From: Piedraia hortae CBS 480.64
Lineage: Eukaryota
NCBI GenBank assembly: GCA_010093745.1
Contig: MU005962.1
Coordinates: 62,001 to 126,000 of the forward strand
Direction of reading: 5' to 3'
DNA: 64,000 nucleotides
A model generated the notes under the pieces. The model did not search any database. It was not told the origin of the DNA and was given only the letters and a program-made list of their open reading frames with translations. Both the position numbers and the translations under genes were made by a program. Below are positions 55,721 through 64,000 of the stretch, in pieces (positions within the stretch are counted from its first letter, which is position 1; each line of letters opens with the position of its first letter).

Positions 55721-57367
55721 ATGGACGTTTCCAGAATGCTCCGTCCTCGCGACGAAGATGAGCCCACCATACCCTCCCGAGACAATCGCCCTCCCCGCGC
55801 GGCTCCGTCACGCGCGGTCGCAGCGCCATCCGGCATGTCACCAGACAAGAGAGATCAGAAACACGTAGTGTTTAAGCTGATCGATCCGTCGGACCCGCGC
55901 TACCAAGCCCGCCTTCCCATGCGCGTCATGATATCCCCCAATGACAGGACAGATTCCATTATTACTACTGTGAAGAACTTCTACGGACTCTACGATTACG
56001 GAGTCAGCTTTGAGAACACAGACGGCATGGGCATCATTGCTGCGTATGACAACTTTGAGCACGACATGACGGTTCTTGTCCGCACCGTCACTCCGCCGCC
56101 AGTCTCTGTTCCGCCATCTGCGCCGCGGCACGATGCCAGGCACAGTAGCCAGTCATCAGGCGCACGGCTTGGAGCGCCGCTCGACCTGCGCTCGTCTCTG
56201 GCGCAGGACGAATGGGCCCATCCACCCCATGATGCGCCTAGAGACGAGCTTGGCAGCACGGGCAACCACGCGGATGGCTCTTCTACAGGCGGACGCCGAG
56301 GAAGAGCAGACCACGTCATTGCTGACATTAGCGTTGACAACATTGTCGAGGGAGGTCGCCGCCGGCGAGCATTTGAGAGCTCGGTCAGTTTACCATATCT
56401 GCCTTGATGATCTGAAGCTAACAATGCGCAGGAGTTGCCGCTGTTCATCCCTCCTCAAGCGCCCACAACCATGTCCATGTCCTCAGTGTCTCCACGAGGT
56501 CGTACTCATGCCGACGCAACTTCGCCCGTTGCCCCTTATCTCGTTGGTGGTCATACACACCATGTTCTGCCTTCGCCGCACAGCCACAGTGATGCGCAAA
56601 GGCGGTTTCATGCCGGGCCAACCCTGCCCCCGCTGAACGCTACTACCACGCCGAGCCAGCGCACGGTGACCGGTACCTACCCCCATCCTGCCGATGTTCT
56701 GCCAACGCCAGACCCCACTGTCCGCAGCGTCATATCGGACGAGGATGTTGCGCTTCAGCTGATGCGCCTTGGCGACCCAGGAGGCTATTCCCATGGGCGA
56801 ACATCCACGTCAACCATTGAAGACGAATTCAGCGGCACAACAGAGGCCGTGTCTCCATGCGCATCTGACAGTGAAGGCCAAGGCCACAAGATCAAGAAGC
56901 AACGCGTGGTGCACCGTCACTCAAGCAACTCTACCACAACCGGCGACGCATGGTCGCGCTCAACAGGTAAAAGCACCAAAATCGGAACCAAGCGCGGCGC
57001 ACCCTCGCGCATTCCCATGTCCCCTGCCTCCCTCCCCGGTACCTCGCGTAAAGGCTCCTCAGCTTCAGCGCTCAACTTCCAACACCAACCTCTAGCCGAC
57101 GAAGAAGATTTATCCAGCAAGCCACGCTGCCAACGATGCCGCAAGAGCAAAAAAGGTTGCGACCGCCAACGCCCCTGTGGCCGATGCCGTGACGCCGGAA
57201 TCGGGATCGAAGGCTGCATCAGCGAAGACGAAGGAAACGGACGCAAGGGCCGTTATGGCCGCCACATGGGCGTACCCATAAAGAAGGAAAGCGAAGTTTT
57301 TGGTGAGCGACAGACTCAACAAGTTTTGGCTCCAGCGCAAACAGATAAGCGCAAGAGGAAGAAGTGA
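55721..57367 (+). CDS. Zn(II)2Cys6 transcription factor with C-terminal zinc cluster, 2 exons
   Basis: RARLPMRV-like QARLPMRVMISPND..DSIITTVKNFYG. Intron 56384-56431. ISDEDVALQLMRLG and CQRCRKSKKGCDRQRPCGRCRDAGIGIEGC. The start could be 55691. Confidence 0.88.
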
Positions 57368-57580
57368 GTGGAAAGCAAAATTGGGGGTTGGGGATGTATT
57401 TGGAGATTTCTTCAGATTTTATATACAATCTCGCGTTGACAGTCGAGCTTCATGTGGGGGATTGAGGAAGTGACGTTGGAGGGGGCGTTTATGGGGGCGG
57501 GACGGGCCGAATTTACCGAAACTTTGAATCGCTCGCGTTCGCGCATTTCCCGCCACCCACTCAGCGGGTGGATAAACATA

Positions 57581-58131
57581 ATGGCAGACGAAGGATCGGT
57601 TAACGAGCCGATGGATCTTGTCCGACTTTCGCTTCATGAGAATGTTGTTGTCAAGTTGAGAGGGGATAGGGAGCTGCAGGGACGGTTGCATGTTCGTTTG
57701 TTCCATCCCAATACTTCACTATGTCTTCTTGTTGGGGGAAGGTGGGGGAAAGGGTAGATCAGGTTCGCGTGGGTGGGATAGGTAACATCTGGTGGTTACT
57801 TGGATCTACGCCGCCCTTATTTCCCCTTATTTCTCCCAACCCCCTTACCCAATCCTCCCTCCCCAGGGTGGGATCCCAAATCCACACCGAAACTACCGGA
57901 GGAATGAACAATGCTGATTAGTTTGTGACAGGCATACGACACACACTGCAACCTCGTCCTCAGCGAGGTTACCGAGACGGTATACTTTGTCGATGACGAC
58001 GATGAGGTTCGGGATCTGAAGAAACAGGCTGAGATGCTTTTTGTTAGAGGTGGGTATTATCTTTGACTCCCTTCCGGGGGATGCTGATGGGTATACTAGG
58101 GGATTCTGTTGTGTTGATCTCGCCTTTGTGA
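57581..58131 (+). CDS. LSM3: U6 snRNA-associated Sm-like protein Lsm3, 3 exons
   Basis: [39 protein letters not shown]...[15 protein letters not shown]. Introns 57692-57931 and about 58050-58099. Confidence 0.93.
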
Positions 58132-58775
58132 TTACTGGACTGGGGCTGGGTGGAAAGGGACCTGGAGGCGGGGGAGGAGAGGGGAGGGGGGGGGGAACAG
58201 AGGGTTGAGGGTGGGGAGTGGGATAATGCCTATCGATACGAGACTGTTTCTACAATTTTTATGTTGGGGCGTGAGGCGTTGAACCAATACCCCCAAACAC
58301 TGGTGGTGCGTTGGGGTGGTGGTGCTATTGAGATGAGGCTCTGGGGGTATACTCTTTACGTTTGGGAAGGTAAATGTTACGGGTTATCGTGGGACAGTAA
58401 CGGCGTGAATGTGCATGCAGATGTGCGGTCAACCCCACGAACAGAGAGGTCTTATAGTGGGTGTATTGGGATGAACGTGCAGGTACAGTCCGTGCAACCG
58501 AAATGATAGACTTATCACCAAACGTTACTCGTCAAGGACCATCAACGGCTAATGAAGAAACGTGCATGCAGCTTATGCACGCTTAATTCCACTTCCCCGC
58601 TTTTATTCGCCACCCCCAGCTGAGCCACGCCAGGCTGAGCCACCGGATCTGCGCATCGTCTTGGTTCATTCGCACCTCTGTGCCTATCTATTTTGGAAAC
58701 CAACTATCGTTAAATCCTACAAGTTAACGGGAAGCGAGGCATTCTGTCATGCGTGGATAAAATTATGTGATTGTC

Positions 58776-61700
58776 ATGGGCGTTGCAGACGGCGATGCTA
58801 ATGAATCTTCTTTGGATCATATACAAGCAGGGACGCGTCAAGATGGACATGTGTCACGCGGATCTAATGACGGTGCCTCAACCCATGGCACATCAGATGG
58901 CGATGCTAGGACGATGGTGAATACCTCTGGATCGAGCGGTTCTTTCACCAAACCGATGGCAGCTCCGTCACAGGGTAAGTCAAGGAGACGGGGTCAATCG
59001 CTTCGCAGCGCCCTCTTCACGCGGAATTTGGAGAAGAGGGTTATGGCTGAGGAGAGAGCGATTGAGTTGGCTCGCGTTGCGCTTGGCGAGAAGAAGGAAC
59101 CGACGGCGTTGGAGAAAGATAGCGAGCCGTCGCGGTGGACAGGCATTAATGGCATTGCTCAGCGGGTGCGCAAGACGTTGTTGCATATCCAGGACGTTCC
59201 ACCCTCAAAAGATGGTCGCCATATCCCACTAGACCTCTCCCGTGAGCAGACTTTAACAGATGAACGGACTAACAAGCCGTATATTTCAAATCTGATCCGT
59301 TCGTCGAAATATACCGTCTGGAGCTTCCTACCGCGACAGCTGATTGCGCAATTCTCCAAACTCGCAAACGCTTACTTTCTCTGTGTTTCTATCCTTCAGA
59401 TGATCCCTGGACTATCCACAACGGGGAGGTATACGACCATCGTTCCACTGATTTTCTTCGTTTCCATCTCCATGGCCAAGGAGGGTTTTGAGGATTTCCG
59501 CCGCCATCGTCTGGACAGGGCGGAGAATAACCGCCTGGCTAAAGTTATGAGGGCCAAAGCTACAGGATGGGCAGAGCTCAAGTGGCAGGCTCTGCATGTG
59601 GGCAACGTGGTCAAGCTTAGTCGGAACGATGCCGCACCTGCGGATATGGTACTGTTGCAAAGCTCCGGTCCGAATAGCACTGCGTACTTTGAAACCATGG
59701 CGCTTGATGGGGAGACGAATTTGAAGAATAAACAGCCTCCTTCTCTCTTAGTTGGGGCTAGTATTGAGACTCTCAAAGCTGAGGTGGTGGCTGAAGACCC
59801 GAATTCGGATCTGTATAATTTTGAAGGCCGCGTGGTTTTGGACGGGGAGAGTGCACCGCTCACGACGAACGAAGTGGTCTACCGGGGAAGCACCCTGCGT
59901 AATACGTCGGAAGCGATCGGTCTGGTCGTCTACTCTGGTGAAGAGTGCAAAATTCGTATGAACGCCAACAAGAATCCCCGCATCAAAGCCCCAGCGCTGC
60001 AGACTGTGGTAAACAAAATCGTCGTCTTCATGGTGTGCTTCGTCTTCTTGCTATCCCTGTTTGAATCTGTGGCTTATCTCGATTGGAAAAAGGACACGGA
60101 AAGACGCTCTTGGTATCTCAGACAAGCCTCCGTGCCGTTTGGACAAGTCATTGTGGCTTTTATCATCATGTTCAACACCCTTATTCCGCTTTCACTCTAT
60201 GTCAGCCTGGAGATCATCAAGGTTATCCAGATGCTGTGGATGAACCAGGACATCGACATGTATGATGCAGAGAGCAACACGCCCTTCGAAGCACGCACAT
60301 CGACCATCAACGAAGAGCTCGGTCAGGTCAGCTACGTCTTCAGTGACAAAACAGGGACGTTGACGGAGAATGTAATGCGGTTCCGGAAGTTGAGCGTTGC
60401 AGGCACTTCTTGGCTGCATGATGCTGATCTTAAAGAGGAGCTTGTAATGCTCCTGCATGAGAAACGGAACGCAAAGGGAAAACTGCAGCAGCCAAGCTCT
60501 GATGGACGTAAATCAACCTCTCAATGGTCCTCCCCAGCCACGAGGGCCACGCCTGGAATCGAAAGCTCAACGGCGAAGTTGATTCGATATATCCAGCGGC
60601 ATCCACACACGGAATTTGCGCGGAAAGCCAGGCTCATAATCCTCTCAATGGCAGTTTGTCATACTTGTCTGCCGGAGCGTGATGATACTGGAGAAATCAC
60701 GTATCAGGCGTCCTCGCCGGATGAGCTTGCGCTTGTCCAAGCGGCTGCAGAGCTGGGCTACGTTGCATGGGACCGCGACATGGCAAAGCTGACTCTACAA
60801 ACCCACTCATACGGTCCAAAAGGTCAACCAGAGTACGAAGTCGTTGAAATCATGGACGTGTTGGAATTTTCAAGCAAGAGGAAGCGAATGTCAGTCATTG
60901 TCCGCTTCGCTGACGGTCGAACCTGTCTCGTGTGCAAAGGAGCTGATTCCGTGGTCATAAAACGACTACGTTTGGCTGCCCTCGCACAGCAGAAGCTGAG
61001 TCAGATTGAAGGTCGTGTGCGTCGACGGAAGAGTGAAGAAGCGGAACGTGTTCTGCAAAGGAGAAGTGAGCAGGTGGAGCGGACGAGCAATGCTCGCCGG
61101 ACGAGTAATAGGGCTTCAACGTCACGGCCGAGCATCAAGAGGTTGGAGTCCATCCCGGATGCCGTTGAGGGATGGATTTCACACCGTGAGAGCTATTCTA
61201 CCCCGTCTGTTGCGGAGTCGCGTTACTATACCCCTCGACCGTCGATGCAGCAGGGCGTTCGGCCTTCATTGGGTGCTGAATCAGCTGAGGAAGATGAGGA
61301 TTTGGTTGAGGAGGCGCTTGTTGTTGATGATGCGGCTGTCATTGAGCGATGCTTCCAGCATGTCAACGATTATGCAACTGATGGGTTACGGACACTGTTG
61401 TTTGGGTATCGCTATCTCGAAGAGGAGGAGTATCAGAGTTGGAAGCGGGTATATCGTGAAGCGACAACTTCGCTTGTGAATCGCCAGGAGCGGATCGAAG
61501 AGGCGTGTGAAATGGTTGAGCAGCAGCTGGAACTCGCCGGCGCTACGGCAATTGAGGATAAACTGCAAAAGGGCGTGCCAGAGACGATTGAACGGTTACG
61601 TCGAGCGAACATCAAAATGTGGATGCTCACGGGGGATAAACGTGAAACGGCGATCAATATCGGGCACTCGTGTGGTCTTATCAAGGATTACTCTGCTGTT

Positions 61701-63134
61701 ACGGTTCTGGACTCTGAAGCTGGAGATGTGGAGGAGAAGATTACAGCTACAGTGCGGGATATCAACAATGGTGGTGTTGCCCACTCTGTTGTTGTGATTG
61801 ACGGACAGACGCTTGCCAATATTCAGACAGACACGGCACTGCACGCGCTCTTCCTTGGGTTGGCCATCTTGGCCGATTCGGTGGTTTGTTGTCGTGCTTC
61901 GCCCAGCCAGAAAGCTGGACTGGTGCATGCCATTCGCCGGCGTGTTAGTCACAGCGTTACCCTCGCCATCGGCGACGGGGCAAATGACATTGCCATGATC
62001 CAGGAAGCCCATGTAGGGATTGGTATCACCGGAAAGGAGGGTCTCCAAGCCGCACGCACATCTGACTATTCCATCGCTCAGTTCCGCTTCTTGGCTAAAC
62101 TACTGCTTGTTCACGGCCGTTGGAATTACATCCGCACTTGCAAGTACACGGTTGGGACGTTTTGGAAAGAAATGGTGTTTTACCTTACCCAAGGCCTCTA
62201 TCAGCGTTGGGTGGGATACACAGGCACTTCGCTGTATGAGCCGTGGAGTCTGTCCATGTTTAACACGCTTTTCACATCTATTGTAAGTCTTTCCCAGCAG
62301 GTCTTGGACGTAGACTAACCAACTGGTTTCCAGCTAGTGATATTCCTAGGCGTCCTAGAGCAGGACCTAAGGGCATCAACCCTCATCGCCGTGCCGGAGC
62401 TTTATACCAAAGGCCAACGGGCAGGCGGGTTCAACTTCATCGTCTACTTTGGCTGGATGCTCATGGCCGTGTCAGAGTCTGTGATCATCTACTTTGTCGC
62501 CTGGGGTTTGTACGGCAGAGCAGGCTTCGCAGCCGATCAGAGCATCTACCCCCTCGGCGTGCTTACCTTTTCCGCAGCCGTCTTTCTCTGCGCTACAAAA
62601 CTGCAAGTGTTAGAGCAGCGAAACCGTACCTGGCTCGCTGGTCTCTGCTGGCTTATCTCTGTTGGTGGATGGACGTTGTGGAATATCATCCTCTCGTCCG
62701 TCTACGGGAGGGGAACCAATCCGCAGTACCGCGTGAGGAATAATCTGCTGCATGACTTTGGGCGAAGCGGGCTATGGTGGTTGACGCTCGTGCTCGCCAT
62801 CACGTCGTGCCTGCTACTGGAAGTTGTCGTGAGGGCACTCAAGTGTGCGTTCTTTCCTACTGATGTGGAGATGTTCCAGGTCGTGGAGAGGGACTTGGCC
62901 GCTCGTAAGCGACTGGAGGACATCAGTGCTCCGTGGTTGCAGGCTGGACGGGATCATGGCAGCAAGAAAACCAGCGAGGAGTCGCAGAGGGAAGCTGAGG
63001 TTCAGGCCCAGAGGGAGGGTGAGGTGGAAGAACTGCTGAAGAGAGCTCGAGTGAGAGAGGAGAGACAGTCGAGAAGACGAACTACGGATTATGATGAGAT
63101 GCTATCTAGGGGGTTTGGTGCCGTGAGGGACTAG
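58776..63134 (+). CDS. DNF3: P4-type ATPase phospholipid flippase (Dnf3-like), 2 exons
   Basis: LDGETNLK, IPLSLYVSLE, DKTGTLT, SPDELAL, MLTGDKRETA and AIGDGAND. Intron 62283-62333. Confidence 0.92.
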
Positions 63135-63292
63135 TTATCTTGTATGCCACAAAAGTTCATGTCTGTGTATCAGACAGGCGTTTGGGGGAGGGGGTGGCGT
63201 TTCGACGAGGTTTCACTCTGGACAGAAGTGGATGGTTCACTACAGTGGACGTGATTGCCAAATGCGAGTTAGTTGAAGCCTTCAGGACGAAC

Positions 63293-63297
63293 CGTCA

Positions 63298-63329
<32 letters not shown>

Positions 63330-63340
63330 GACGACGTCGC
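63293..63340. repeat. (CGT)n/(CAT) trinucleotide microsatellite
   Basis: Directly visible run of CGT units. Confidence 0.9.
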
Positions 63341-63762
63341 GGTTGATGGGCATGAACCAAAGCGCCGGTAGGGCCGAGGCCATAAATAGCAAAAACGATG
63401 TTATGGGGGGTTAATTAACCGGCAAAAGAGGGGGGGCGTCCAGCCCCCGTTTCATTTTTCGCAGAAGGAGCGAAACCCGACACCGGAAACTTCTTTTTTC
63501 CTCCTCCTCCGTTGCCGTGTCGCTGTTTTTTTCCTCCTCTGTGCATCTACTCCTACGCGTGTAGCAGCAACAACAAACAGTAGCAGCGAGAACATCATTC
63601 AGAGTGTTTTTTTGGGCTTGTTCTCGTTTGATTGGAGAGTGCGCCGAGGCTGGGGGGGAAGCCAAACCGGTGGCGAGCCGGGCGCTTGGAAAGAGTCAGC
63701 CCTCTCTTCAGCATACCGTCGCCCTTTTATCTGTCCGCCCGCGCTCAGCTTCGTAGACGACG

Positions 63763-64000
63763 ATGCGCGAAGCAAATTTCAGCTTCCCAAATGCCAACAA
63801 GGCGTCGGTTGGCATCACGACGGCGCTCTATGACCGTCGCGCGCTCGACTGCACGTCGACGCTGCCGCTGATCAACTCGCTCAACAACCTCGCCTATCTG
63901 ACGACGTCGTCGGGCCGCATTCGGGACATCCTGACGGTTGATGGCGGCGTCGAGCGGCTGGTGTGCATCCTGAAAGAAGGCCGTAACAAGGACCTGATGG
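63763..64000 (+). CDS. samB: MYND-type zinc finger protein SamB/Mub1, N-terminus (runs off the window)
   Basis: MREANFSFPNANKASVGITTALYDRRALDCTSTLPLINSLNNLAYLTTSSGRIRDILTVDGGVERLVCIL. Confidence 0.88.
   Translation, partial: MREANFSFPNANKASVGITTALYDRRALDCTSTLPLINSLNNLAYLTTSSGRIRDILTVDGGVERLVCILKEGRNKDLM

Noticed and set aside
54972..55848. Long minus-strand ORFs spanning the N gap
   Set aside because: They are open partly because of the Ns, have no recognisable motifs, and overlap the promoter and start of the Zn2Cys6 gene.

Overview
Gene-dense eukaryotic DNA from a filamentous ascomycete. It has short 42-55 nt GT-AG introns with CTRAY branch sites. The protein sequences look Pezizomycotina-like, possibly Eurotiomycetes/Chaetothyriales (inference only). 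About 26 protein-coding genes are supportable: an MFS transporter, a DUF3405 protein, an acyltransferase-3, an SR/RRM splicing factor, GH64, TIM22, a DUF4048-like protein, SGT1, PPX1, a sugar porter, POL3, a homeobox TF, GH31 with an internal CBM20, an EamA/Thi74-like transporter, a METTL7-like methyltransferase, SPB1, ELG1, GH76, a bZIP, ATG16, a B-type cyclin, RPS15, a Zn2Cys6 TF, LSM3, DNF3 and the start of SamB/MUB1. There is also one intron-containing tRNA-Lys(CTT). Three gene-poor pockets hold decayed DNA. At 8-11 kb are a caspase-like protease pseudogene and a CorA-like remnant. At 18-20 kb are abutting pogo/Fot1 and MULE transposase relics. At 30-36 kb are a Helitron-like fragment, the tRNA, a five-unit array of structured non-coding repeats with compensatory base changes, and a perfect 30-bp palindrome. 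The structured array at about 33.0-33.9 kb is the least explained feature. Other oddities are an in-frame TGA in the homeobox gene, a lost CysA cysteine in Pol delta, convergent genes with 0 bp between stop codons, a long hairpin intron in LSM3, and repeated strand-symmetric C/A-to-G/T skew switches inside coding sequence. All calls were made by eye; no database searches were run.
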